39,324 nt of DNA from Deltaproteobacteria bacterium (lineage in GTDB: Bacteria; Desulfobacterota; Binatia; UBA12015). The translations under genes and the position numbers were made by a program. Positions 18,127-27,165 of the stretch are shown here, piece by piece (the stretch's first letter is position 1; the number at the start of each line of letters is the position of its first letter). Under the pieces are notes generated by a model that saw only the letters and a program-made list of their open reading frames with translations, searched no databases and was not told the DNA's origin. The stretch is from contig JAYGCM010000083.1 of the NCBI GenBank assembly GCA_046583355.1, positions 1-39,324 of the forward strand, in the 5' to 3' direction.

Positions 18127-19485
18127 ATGAATCTGCAGGATCTCGAAGAGCTCGTCCTTACCGAAGAAGTCGATACCGTCATCGTCGGATTCACCGACCT
18201 TTACGGCCGCCTGATGGGCAAGCGTTGCGACGCTGAGTATTTTCTCACGGATGTCGCCAAGGCAGGTACGCATAGCTGCGATTACCTCCTCGCGGCCGAT
18301 ATGGAGATGGAGCCGGTACCTGGCTACGCGTTCGCTAACTGGGAGCGTGGTTACGGCGACGTTCATCTCGTGCCCGATATGGACACGCTGCGGCTCTGTT
18401 CGTGGCTCGACCGCACGGCGATGATTTTTTGTGATGTCCACGACGTTACCACGCACGAGCCCGTGGCGGTCTCGCCGCGCCAGATCCTGCGCCGCCAACT
18501 CGCGGCGGCCAAGGAGCTCGGCTTTGATGTATTGGCCGCCTCCGAGCTCGAATATTTCATCTTCGAGACGAGCTACCGCGCGGCCACGGAGAGTAACTTC
18601 CAGAATCTGCAAGCTGCTGGCTGGTATCTTGAAGATTACCATATTTTCCAGGGCTCGCGGGTCGAGAAGCTCAACGCGGAGGCGCGTCGGCATCTGCGGC
18701 GCTCCGGCGTGCCGGTGGAGACAACCAAAGGGGAGTGGGGCCTCGGCCAGCATGAACTGAATATCCGCTACGCGGAGGCGCTGACGATGGCCGATCGCCA
18801 TATCGTGCTCAAACAATGCGTGCGCGAGATCGCCGATCAGCTCGAGATGAGCGTCACCTTCATGGCAAAATTTGCAGCCGAGCAGGCCGGCTCCAGCTGC
18901 CATGTCCATATGAGCCTCTGGCGTGATGGTGTGAATGCCTTTGCCGGCGACGAGGCCTTCGGCAAGGTACGCGGATCGGCTGCCTTCGGTTCGTTTCTCG
19001 CGGGCTGGCAGGCGCATGCTGCGGAGATGATGGCTTTCTACGCTCCGACCGTGAACTCCTACAAACGCTACCAGCCGGGCTCGTGGTCGCTGACCCGTAT
19101 CGCTTGGAGTCAGGATAATCGCACGGCGGGTTTTCGTGTCGTCGGGGCGGACCAATCTCTTCGCGTCGAGTGCCGAATTCCGGGGGCCGATGTGAACCCC
19201 TACCTGGTCTTCGCCGCCGCCATTGCCTCCGGGCTCGACGGCTTGCGCCGTGGGCTTGCGCCCGAGGCACCCTTCGAGGGCGATGTCTATGCGGCCACCG
19301 AGTTGCCCGAGGTGCCGATGAGCTTGCGTGACGCGACCGATCGCTTCACCCAGAGCGACTTCGTGCGCGAGGCCTTTGGCGACCAAGTGGTCGACCATTA
19401 TACGCATTTCTTCCGCGTCGAAGAGGCGGCCCACCACGCCGCGGTCAGCGATTGGGAACGCCAACGCTATTTCGAGCGGATCTGA
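18127..19485 (+). CDS. Glutamine synthetase-like gamma-glutamyl ligase (GlnA4-like)
   Basis: DLYGRLMGKR, CDYLLAADMEMEPVPGY..NWERGYGD (GlnA4-type), GQHE, SSCHVHMSL, VSDWERQRYFERI. Confidence 0.88.
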   Translation: MNLQDLEELVLTEEVDTVIVGFTDLYGRLMGKRCDAEYFLTDVAKAGTHSCDYLLAADMEMEPVPGYAFANWERGYGDVHLVPDMDTLRLCSWLDRTAMIFCDVHDVTTHEPVAVSPRQILRRQLAAAKELGFDVLAASELEYFIFETSYRAATESNFQNLQAAGWYLEDYHIFQGSRVEKLNAEARRHLRRSGVPVETTKGEWGLGQHELNIRYAEALTMADRHIVLKQCVREIADQLEMSVTFMAKFAAEQAGSSCHVHMSLWRDGVNAFAGDEAFGKVRGSAAFGSFLAGWQAHAAEMMAFYAPTVNSYKRYQPGSWSLTRIAWSQDNRTAGFRVVGADQSLRVECRIPGADVNPYLVFAAAIASGLDGLRRGLAPEAPFEGDVYAATELPEVPMSLRDATDRFTQSDFVREAFGDQVVDHYTHFFRVEEAAHHAAVSDWERQRYFERI

Positions 19486-20315
19486 GGCCTGGCGGCGGGC
19501 CAGTCGCGGGCCTTCTGGATCCGCGCAATGGCCCCGGCTGGGACCTGCCGCCCTTTGCGGGGGAGTCCTCCACTTATATAGTTGCCTCAACGCCGCGTAC
19601 TGGCAGCACGCTGCTTTGTCGTCTGCTCTGGGATACTGGATTGGTGGGTGCTCCCAAGGAGTACCTGAACCCGATGCAGATCCGGGATTGGGAGGTGCGG
19701 CTGGGCCGCGACGCAACCACCCGCTTCCGCAACCGCCTATTGGTCGGCCCGGCCATCGCTCTGGCCGGCCGCGGCCGCTGGAGCGAGGCGCGCCTGCACG
19801 GGCATATCGAGCGCGTGCGCGAGCGTCGTACCTCGGCTTGTGGCCTCTTCGGCCTCAAGCTTCATCAACATCATTTTGCCCGCTTTTTCGGCAGCGGCGG
19901 CGAAGGTCTCGAATCCGCGCTTGCGCCGCGACGATGGATCCGGCTGCGACGTGAGGATCGGGTGGCACAGGCGGTGTCCTGGGCGCGCGCATTGCAGAGC
20001 GGGCGCTGGGCATCGCACCAGCGCTTTGCCTTGCCGGTCTTCTACAGGCGCGGTCAGATTGCGCGATTGGAGCGGGAAATCGATCGCCAGGAAACGGCGT
20101 GGGAGGCCTTTTTCGCCACCGCCGAGGGCGAGGTTCTGCAACTTACCTATGAAGATCTCCGCACCGACCGTGCGGCCGTCCTTCATCGGGTGCTGGAATT
20201 TCTTGGCATCGAGAATGCCTTGCGGGTGCCCGTGCCCGACTCGGATCTGCAAGTGCAGGCCGACGCGACCAGCGCCGCCTGGATCGCACGCTATCGCAGC
20301 CATCGGGACGGTTGA
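19482..20315 (+). CDS. Stf0 family sulfotransferase (start uncertain: TTG 19452 or CTG 19482)
   Basis: YIVASTPRTGSTLLC (PAPS loop), GAPKEYLNP, FGLKLH, RREDRVAQAVSWARA, LTYEDL, LQVQAD. Confidence 0.85.
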   Translation: MRPGGGPVAGLLDPRNGPGWDLPPFAGESSTYIVASTPRTGSTLLCRLLWDTGLVGAPKEYLNPMQIRDWEVRLGRDATTRFRNRLLVGPAIALAGRGRWSEARLHGHIERVRERRTSACGLFGLKLHQHHFARFFGSGGEGLESALAPRRWIRLRREDRVAQAVSWARALQSGRWASHQRFALPVFYRRGQIARLEREIDRQETAWEAFFATAEGEVLQLTYEDLRTDRAAVLHRVLEFLGIENALRVPVPDSDLQVQADATSAAWIARYRSHRDG

Positions 20316-20339
20316 ACTCTGGTGTGCTAGGCCCGCACA

Positions 20340-21113
20340 ATGCGATTGGAAAACCGGGTGGCTTTGATCACCGGTGCCGCGGGCGGCATCGGACGGGAAG
20401 CGGCGCTTCTTTTTGCCTCGGAAGGGGCGAAGGTTGTTTGTGTCGATGTGAACGAGGACGGCGGCGCCGATACGGTCGCCGATGTCGAAGCCTCCGGTGG
20501 CGAAGCGGTGTTTCAACGCGCCGATGTATCGAAGGCAGCCGATTGCGAGGCCATGGTCGCGGTGGCCGAGGAGCGCTTCGGTAAACTCGATATCCTCTTC
20601 AATAACGCGGGGATCATGGACTCGGCCGACGATGATTCGCAGGCGACGGAAGAAGAGGTCTTCGATCGCACCATGGCGATCAACGTGAAGGGCGTTTTCT
20701 TCGGCTGCAAATACGGAATTCCCGCGATGCGCCGTGCCGGTAGCGGTTCGATCATCAATACGGCCTCGTTTGTGGCCGTGCTGGGCGCGGCGACGCCGCA
20801 GATCGCCTACACGGCCTCCAAGGGTGCCGTGCTCGCGATGTCGCGGGAACTCTCGGTGATTCATGCCCGCGAGGGCATCCGCGTGAACGCACTCTGCCCG
20901 GGCCCGCTGCGCACCGAATTGCTGATGAAATTTCTCGATACCGAAGAAAAGAAACAGCGTCGGCTGGTCCATGTGCCGATGGGCCGCTTTGGTGAAGCAG
21001 CCGAGATGGCACAGGCTGCGCTTTACCTCGCCAGTGACGAGTCTTCCTACGTCACCGGCACGACTTTCATGGTCGATGGCGGCATCTCGGCCGCCTACGT
21101 CACCCCGGAGTAA
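20340..21113 (+). CDS. Short-chain dehydrogenase/reductase (Rv2857c-like)
   Basis: ITGAAGGIG, NNAG, YTASK, RRLVHVPMGRF, VDGGISAAYVTPE. Confidence 0.92.
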   Translation: MRLENRVALITGAAGGIGREAALLFASEGAKVVCVDVNEDGGADTVADVEASGGEAVFQRADVSKAADCEAMVAVAEERFGKLDILFNNAGIMDSADDDSQATEEEVFDRTMAINVKGVFFGCKYGIPAMRRAGSGSIINTASFVAVLGAATPQIAYTASKGAVLAMSRELSVIHAREGIRVNALCPGPLRTELLMKFLDTEEKKQRRLVHVPMGRFGEAAEMAQAALYLASDESSYVTGTTFMVDGGISAAYVTPE

Positions 21114-21118
21114 GATCA

Positions 21119-22492
21119 ATGGCGGATTCCCTGCGTGTAACGAATCCCTGGAACGGCGAGATTGTCGGCGAGTTCCCCTACGACGATGCCGCCTCGGTGG
21201 AGAAAAAGCTGGCCGCGGCGACCGCGGCTTTCGCGGCCTGGCGCCGCGTTCCTTTGCAGGAGCGCATCCGTCATGTGCAGATCGGAATCGAGAATTTCCG
21301 CGCTGCCGGTGACGAGATCGCGCTTGGCGTGACCCAGCAGATGGGCAAGCCTCTGGGCCAGGCCGAAGGCGAGGTGGCCACCGCCATCAGCCGCGCGGAG
21401 CGCTCGATTGTCGATGCGCCGGCCGCGCTCGCGACCGATATCGTCGATGCACCCGAGGGCTTCGAGTTCCGGATTGCGCACGAGCCTCTGGGTGTCGTCT
21501 TCGACCTCGCGGCTTGGAATTACCCCCTGGTGATTCCGGTGAATGTATTGGTTCCGGCGCTGCTGGCCGGCAATACGGTTTTACTCAAACATAGTGCGCG
21601 TACGCCGCTTTGTGCGCGTGCTTTCAGCGACGCTTTCGGCGACCTTGAGGTGCCGAATCTTGTACAGGACCTGGTTCTGCGCCACGACCAATCGGCCACG
21701 CTGATCGGCGACCCGCGGGTTGGCCACGTCGCGTTTACCGGCTCGGTTGAGGGCGGGCGCGAGATCCACCGCGCGGTCGGCGAACGCTTTATTGACGCTG
21801 GTCTGGAACTCGGGGGCAAGGACCCCGGCTACGTTGCCGCCGATGCCGACCTCGAGCAGGCCGTCGCCGGTCTGGTCGACGGCGCCTGCTATAATGCGGG
21901 GCAAAGTTGTTGCGGCATCGAACGGGTTTATGTTCACCGCTCGCTGCATGCGGAATTCATCGAGCGAGCCAAGGCATTGATCCAGGAATATCGCCTCGGC
22001 GACCCACTGGACCCGGCCACCACCATGGGCCCGCTAGCGAGTCCGAGTGCGCCCGCGTTCTTGCACGCGCAGGTCGAGGACGCGCTCGGTCGTGGAGCGA
22101 TGCTGGTTGCGGGCGGTTCGCTCGATAAAGAGCGGCCGCGCTTCTACCCGCCGACGCTTCTCGATGGGGTGCCGAATGATGCCAGGATCATGCAGGAGGA
22201 GAGCTTCGGCCCGCTATTGCCGGTATTGGTGGTCGATTCCGATGAGGAAGCGCTGGCTCATATGAATGATTCGGCCTTCGGCCTGACCGCGAGCGTCTGG
22301 ACAAAAGACGCCGCGCGCGCCGAGCGCATGGCCGCCGAGATCAACGCCGGCACCATCTTCCAGAACCGCTGCGATTACCTCGAACCCGCACTCCCCTGGA
22401 CGGGTGTGGGCGACTCGGGCAAAGGTTCGACGCTTTCCCGCTACGGCTTCCACGGTCTCACCCGCCGCAAATCTCTGCACTACCGCCGCTGA
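21119..22492 (+). CDS. Aldehyde dehydrogenase
   Basis: WNYP, FTGSVEGG, LELGGKDP, NAGQSCC, EESFGP. Confidence 0.93.
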   Translation: MADSLRVTNPWNGEIVGEFPYDDAASVEKKLAAATAAFAAWRRVPLQERIRHVQIGIENFRAAGDEIALGVTQQMGKPLGQAEGEVATAISRAERSIVDAPAALATDIVDAPEGFEFRIAHEPLGVVFDLAAWNYPLVIPVNVLVPALLAGNTVLLKHSARTPLCARAFSDAFGDLEVPNLVQDLVLRHDQSATLIGDPRVGHVAFTGSVEGGREIHRAVGERFIDAGLELGGKDPGYVAADADLEQAVAGLVDGACYNAGQSCCGIERVYVHRSLHAEFIERAKALIQEYRLGDPLDPATTMGPLASPSAPAFLHAQVEDALGRGAMLVAGGSLDKERPRFYPPTLLDGVPNDARIMQEESFGPLLPVLVVDSDEEALAHMNDSAFGLTASVWTKDAARAERMAAEINAGTIFQNRCDYLEPALPWTGVGDSGKGSTLSRYGFHGLTRRKSLHYRR

Positions 22493-22536
22493 GCCTGCCG
22501 GGCGGTCCGGCCGATTCCAGGAGCATTTCCGGTGCT

Positions 22537-24258
22537 CTAGAGTGCAGTGCCGCAGGTATCCTGGCCGGAGCGCATGACGCGTCCCGGCGCCTTGCCGGTG
22601 AGTTGGCCGGCGCGGAGGATCTCTTCGCCGGCGACCAGCACGCGGTCGATTCCTTTGGCCTCGGCATAGAGCCGGCCGGCCCCGCCTGGCAGGTCGTAGC
22701 GCGTATGCACCGGACCGGCACCGATCTCGGCCTCGTCGAAGACGACGAGATCGGCATGCGCGCCCTCCGTCAGCCGGCCCCGACCTTCAAGGCCATAGAG
22801 CTCGGCGGGGATTTGCGTGAGCTGGTGTACGCCTTCTTCGAGACTCATCAACTGGCGCTCGCGCACGGCGGGGCCGAGCAGCATGGTGGAGACGGCGAAG
22901 GTGTCGATCATGTCGAGATGAGCACCTGCATCGGAGGCGCCGATCACCGTGCGCTCGTCCTTCCAGACCTCGGCTCGCAGCTTCCAGCTCGCATCGTCAT
23001 CGCCGGCCATATCGGGCTTGAAAGAGGTTCTGAGGTCGTCGGCGACGACGATATCCATCATCGTATCAAACGGAGATTTGCCGAGATCCTTGGCGATTTC
23101 GCCAATGCTGCGGCCCTCGAAGCGCCGGGTCTCCTCGCTGAAGGTCTCGTCGACGCGGTGGCCGGACCAATTGGCGAAGAAGCCCATCGCGCCGGCTTCG
23201 GGTGAGTTGGCGCGGCGGTCGAGTTCGGCCCGGACCTCTGGGTCGGCCAGTTTTTTCTTCTTTTCTTCATGCGGCAGGGCGAGAATCGGCGCGAATCCGG
23301 GCAGCGCGTCGAAGATGAAGCCGCTGACGAAATTGAGGCGTAGGGTCATCACCTGCGGGAGTGTCAAGGCGAGGATGCGGCCGCCGCGTTCGCGGGCGAG
23401 GTCCGAGGCCGCGAGCTGTCTCTCGGCATGCTCGGGCTGGTAGGAATTTACTGCTAGAACATTCCAGTTCAGCGCGCGCTTGGCCGCGCAGGAGAGATCG
23501 ACCATCAGGTTCATCTCGTCGTCCGTGAATGCACCAACGCCGGGCAGAAACTCCAGGCTGGTGCCTTCGTGGTCGCGGATGGCACCGGCGAGTTCGATGA
23601 GTTCTGTGTTGCTGGCGTGGCGCGAGGGCACGGGTTGGCCGTCGCCGTCATTATGGGTCGGCGCGACCGATGACGAGAAGCCCAGGCCGCCGCCTTCGAT
23701 CGACTCGTGCAGCAGCCGCACCATCGCCTCCAACTGCTCGTCGCTGGCTTCCTTGCCGACGGCATCCTCGCCCATCACGACACGCCGCAGCGCCGAATGG
23801 CCGACGAGAAAGCCCGCATTGATCACCAGGCTCTCCTCGAAGCGGCTCAGGTAATCAGCGAAGCTGGTCCAATTCCACGGGACTCCCTTTTGCAAAGCTG
23901 CAAGCGGCATCCCTTCGACGCGCGCCAGCATCCGCTGCAGATAGTCGCCCGCCGCCGGAATGAGCGGGGCAATCGAGAAGCCGCAATTGCCGCCGACGAT
24001 CGTGGTTACGCCATGATTCGACGAGGGCGTGAGCGCGGGGTCCCAAAAGACTTGCGCATCGTAATGCGTATGGATGTCGATGAACCCGGGTGCGACGATT
24101 TTCCCCGTGGCATCGATACGGCGCTCGGCCGAGTCGGCGTGCAGGTCGCCCATGGCCGCGATCTGACCGTCGCGAATGCCGATAGCTCCTGTCTGGCGCG
24201 CGGCGCCTGTGCCGTCGACAATGGTACCGTGCTCAAGAATTGTATCGAAGCTCGCCAT
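22537..24258 (-). CDS. N-acyl-D-amino-acid deacylase family amidohydrolase
   Basis: GTIVDGTG, PGFIDIHTHYD, GVTTIVGGNCG, SDAGAH, ADLVVFD; start ATG 24258 with AGAGGAG SD. Confidence 0.9.
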   Translation of the reverse strand: MASFDTILEHGTIVDGTGAARQTGAIGIRDGQIAAMGDLHADSAERRIDATGKIVAPGFIDIHTHYDAQVFWDPALTPSSNHGVTTIVGGNCGFSIAPLIPAAGDYLQRMLARVEGMPLAALQKGVPWNWTSFADYLSRFEESLVINAGFLVGHSALRRVVMGEDAVGKEASDEQLEAMVRLLHESIEGGGLGFSSSVAPTHNDGDGQPVPSRHASNTELIELAGAIRDHEGTSLEFLPGVGAFTDDEMNLMVDLSCAAKRALNWNVLAVNSYQPEHAERQLAASDLARERGGRILALTLPQVMTLRLNFVSGFIFDALPGFAPILALPHEEKKKKLADPEVRAELDRRANSPEAGAMGFFANWSGHRVDETFSEETRRFEGRSIGEIAKDLGKSPFDTMMDIVVADDLRTSFKPDMAGDDDASWKLRAEVWKDERTVIGASDAGAHLDMIDTFAVSTMLLGPAVRERQLMSLEEGVHQLTQIPAELYGLEGRGRLTEGAHADLVVFDEAEIGAGPVHTRYDLPGGAGRLYAEAKGIDRVLVAGEEILRAGQLTGKAPGRVMRSGQDTCGTAL

Positions 24259-24297
24259 AGGGGTTCTCCTCTTTCTGCGCGACGTGGGCGGGTGCCC

Positions 24298-24313
24298 ACT
24301 ACTTGCAAGTAGT
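24298..24313. promoter_or_regulatory. Perfect 16-bp palindrome, probable repressor operator
   Basis: ACTACTTGCAAGTAGT in the divergent amidohydrolase/ADH intergenic region. Confidence 0.6.
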
Positions 24314-24405
24314 ATTGCGCCAGCCAGTGCCGCGTCAACTGGCGCGTCGCCATCGTGCAGGGTTGAGTGGGTCGGAGCCGGGTTTTCCGGCCAGGGAGGA
24401 AAACT

Positions 24406-25500
24406 ATGCGAGCCGCCGTACTTCAGGAGGCGGGGAAGCCCGTCGTTATTCGTGATGATGTCGAGATCGAGGCGCCCAAGGCGGGCCAGGTCTTGGTTGA
24501 CGTGAAGCATTGCGGGCTATGTCATTCCGACCTCAGCCTGATCGATGGTGTATTTCCGGGCCTTGTGCCGGTTGTGCTGGGTCACGAGGCCGCCGGCATC
24601 GTGGCCGAGGTCGGCCCGGGCGTGACCTCGGTTGTGCCGGGCGACCCGGTGGTGCTTACGCCCACGCCCTCGTGCGGCAAATGTTATTGGTGCGTGCGCG
24701 GCGAGGCGAGCAATTGCGTGAACTCGAGCTCGATCTCGACCGGCCTGCTTCCGGACGGCACAACGCCGCTCTCAATGGGCGGAGAGCCGGTCTATCGCGG
24801 CGTCGGTGTCGGCGCATTCGCCGAGCAGGTGATCACGCTGGAGACCGGCGCGGTGAAGATCGCGGCCGATATTCCGTTGCATATCGCCTGCGTGATCGGC
24901 TGCGCCGTGCAGACCGGAACCGGCGCCGTGCTCAACACGGCCAAGGTCGGGCCGGGCGATACCGTCCTGATTTTGGGCCTTGGCGGCGTGGGACTCTCGG
25001 CGGTGCAGGGCGCCCGACTCGCGGGAGCTTCGCGCATTCTGGCATCCGACCCGGTAGCCAGCCGCCGTGAGGCCGCGTTGGCAATGGGCGCGACCGACCT
25101 TCTCGACCCAGCTACAGACGATGTGGTCGCGCTGGCTCAGGCGCTCAACGGCGTCGGCGTCGATTTCGCCTTCGAGACTGCTGGCAAGAGTGCTTTGCTC
25201 GATGCTGGTCTGAACGCCGTGCGCAACGGGGGCACGCTGGTCTGCGTCGGTGCTCCGCCGCTGGATGAGACCTTCACCATCCTGCCGGCCCTGTTGGTGA
25301 TCACAGGCAAGAAGATACTCTCGACGGTACTTGGTGACGCCAACTCCTTGCGCGATATCCCGCGCTACCTGGAGCTTTGGAAGGCAGGACGGCTCGATCT
25401 CGAGGCGCTGATTACCAACCGCCGTCCGCTCGAAGAGATCAACCAAGCCTGCGACGACCTGCGTGCGGGCAAAGGCGTCCGCACGGTTCTCGATTTCTGA
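24406..25500 (+). CDS. Zn-dependent alcohol dehydrogenase (MDR, class III-like)
   Basis: CGLCHSD, LGHEAAG, CGKCYWC...C, GLGGVG; GGAGG SD before ATG 24406. Confidence 0.93.
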   Translation: MRAAVLQEAGKPVVIRDDVEIEAPKAGQVLVDVKHCGLCHSDLSLIDGVFPGLVPVVLGHEAAGIVAEVGPGVTSVVPGDPVVLTPTPSCGKCYWCVRGEASNCVNSSSISTGLLPDGTTPLSMGGEPVYRGVGVGAFAEQVITLETGAVKIAADIPLHIACVIGCAVQTGTGAVLNTAKVGPGDTVLILGLGGVGLSAVQGARLAGASRILASDPVASRREAALAMGATDLLDPATDDVVALAQALNGVGVDFAFETAGKSALLDAGLNAVRNGGTLVCVGAPPLDETFTILPALLVITGKKILSTVLGDANSLRDIPRYLELWKAGRLDLEALITNRRPLEEINQACDDLRAGKGVRTVLDF

Positions 25501-25521
25501 GGGCCGGCGCGTCCGTGCTGG

Positions 25522-27165
25522 TCAGGGCTTCCTGCCGGAAGTGGCCCGGCCGATGGTCCAGCTATCCTTCGCCTCGTAGCCGAGCAGCCGTCCTACCTTT
25601 TGGTCGATGGCGAATTGCTCTTTGTTGAATTTTGTTTTGAGAAAGAAGGGTGTTCCCCAGGAGAAGATACGCTGGTAGCTGATCGCCAGCGCGCTATTGG
25701 CTCCGGCGCTCCAGAGACCGAGCAGGATGAGCAAGACGACCAGGGACTTTTTCGCCATGCCGGGCCGGGCCGAGGCGATCGCGAAGAGGCCCAGCGTGCA
25801 GGCGATCGCCGCGGCCGGGTAGGCATCGTGCAGGAAACGATGGCTGACGCCGACCGACATCAGGAAGGGAAAGGAGCCGGCCAGCGCGCCCAGCATGGGC
25901 AGGCGCAGGTAGGGGCCGACGCCGCCGGCACCGCGCAGCAGGCTGAGGAAGCCGATCCACCCGAGCAGAAGGATTGCCGGCATGACAGCCGTGACGCTCG
26001 CATAGCGTTCCACGAAATCCGCCCAGGTGCCGGGAAAGGCGCTGCGGGCGACCCACTCTGGTTTCGGGTAGATGCGGATCCGGCGCGAGGGGCGCCCCAG
26101 CCCTGGCGGAGGTTCCACTTCCGCGGCCGGCAGAGGAATGGCACTTTCCAGTGTCGGGTAGACCCAGGGGAAGCTCTCGTCGAAGAGGATATGTCCGGGG
26201 TGCAGGTAGGTGTAGAGGTTGCGCGGCACATTGCGCAGGTGGAGCAGGGTCCCGCCGACTCTCTCGAGACGACCTTCTTCCTGGTAGCTCACATGATAGC
26301 GCAATGGCACACCTTCGAGAGCGGTGCCGAATTTCTGATAATTGACGAAGCCGAATGAGCCGAGGATCAGGGCGACCATGGCCAGCGCCAGCAGGCCGTC
26401 GCGGGTGGCATCGGCCCGTCTGTGGATGCCGAGCCAGCCGGCCACGTCGAGCAGACGTCCCCGCAGCAGAGGCAAGACGAGCAGCAGTCCCGCGACAGCG
26501 CCGAGCGCAATGGCCGGGCCGCCACCAACCGAGGCGCGGGTGATAATCGCAAGAATGCCGAAGCCGCCGCTGGCGACCAGCGAGGCGGGTGAGGGGTCGC
26601 GCAGGTAGGCCGCGAGCGCCGCGTAGGAGGCCAGCGCGGCAAGCCCGCCCATGAGGATGGCCTCGTGGTAGACAAACGCGCGCGAGGCGAGAAAGGGAAG
26701 CGTGGAGCCGAAGCCGAGGAGGAGCAGCAAGGCGCCGATCCAGCCAGGACGCAGGCGTGGCATGGTTCCTTCCTGTAGGCGTACGCGGCTGATCCATTGC
26801 ACGAGCGAGAGCACCACGAAAAGCGTGCCGAGGATGCCCAGGCAGACCAGCGGGCGACTCCAGGTGCCGGGCTCGGCCGGGCCGAAGAGGTAGGTCACGA
26901 AGCGCAGCAGTGCGGGCCCGGGGCCGAAATACATGAAGGCCTTGCCGCCGACCAGGAAGGTCTCGACGTGGGTGACCTTCTCGGGCACATCCCAGCGCCC
27001 GTCCTCCCAGAGGACCTTGGCCTGCCAATCATAGAGAGAACCCTGCGGCTCCCACGCAAACCAGCCCCAATGGCCCCAGGTGATCAGCCAGCCGGCCGCC
27101 CAGCCGACCAGCACCAGCGCCAGCAGGGCCCACGGATTCCTCCAGCCGAAGCGTGCGGCGCTCAT
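25522..27165 (-). CDS. Multi-pass membrane protein, probable GT-C-fold glycosyltransferase
   Basis: Many hydrophobic helices, YDWQA...YFGPGPALL, VYHEAI, HRFLHD; ATGA overlap with the upstream gene (start 27165). Confidence 0.6.
   Translation of the reverse strand: MSAARFGWRNPWALLALVLVGWAAGWLITWGHWGWFAWEPQGSLYDWQAKVLWEDGRWDVPEKVTHVETFLVGGKAFMYFGPGPALLRFVTYLFGPAEPGTWSRPLVCLGILGTLFVVLSLVQWISRVRLQEGTMPRLRPGWIGALLLLLGFGSTLPFLASRAFVYHEAILMGGLAALASYAALAAYLRDPSPASLVASGGFGILAIITRASVGGGPAIALGAVAGLLLVLPLLRGRLLDVAGWLGIHRRADATRDGLLALAMVALILGSFGFVNYQKFGTALEGVPLRYHVSYQEEGRLERVGGTLLHLRNVPRNLYTYLHPGHILFDESFPWVYPTLESAIPLPAAEVEPPPGLGRPSRRIRIYPKPEWVARSAFPGTWADFVERYASVTAVMPAILLLGWIGFLSLLRGAGGVGPYLRLPMLGALAGSFPFLMSVGVSHRFLHDAYPAAAIACTLGLFAIASARPGMAKKSLVVLLILLGLWSAGANSALAISYQRIFSWGTPFFLKTKFNKEQFAIDQKVGRLLGYEAKDSWTIGRATSGRKP

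Noticed and set aside
9952..21119. Long antisense ORFs (e.g. 9952-11547, 15478-16920, 16803-18194, 17935-19716, 19737-21119)
   Set aside because: Shadow frames of well-supported genes, expected in high-GC DNA; no recognisable motifs.
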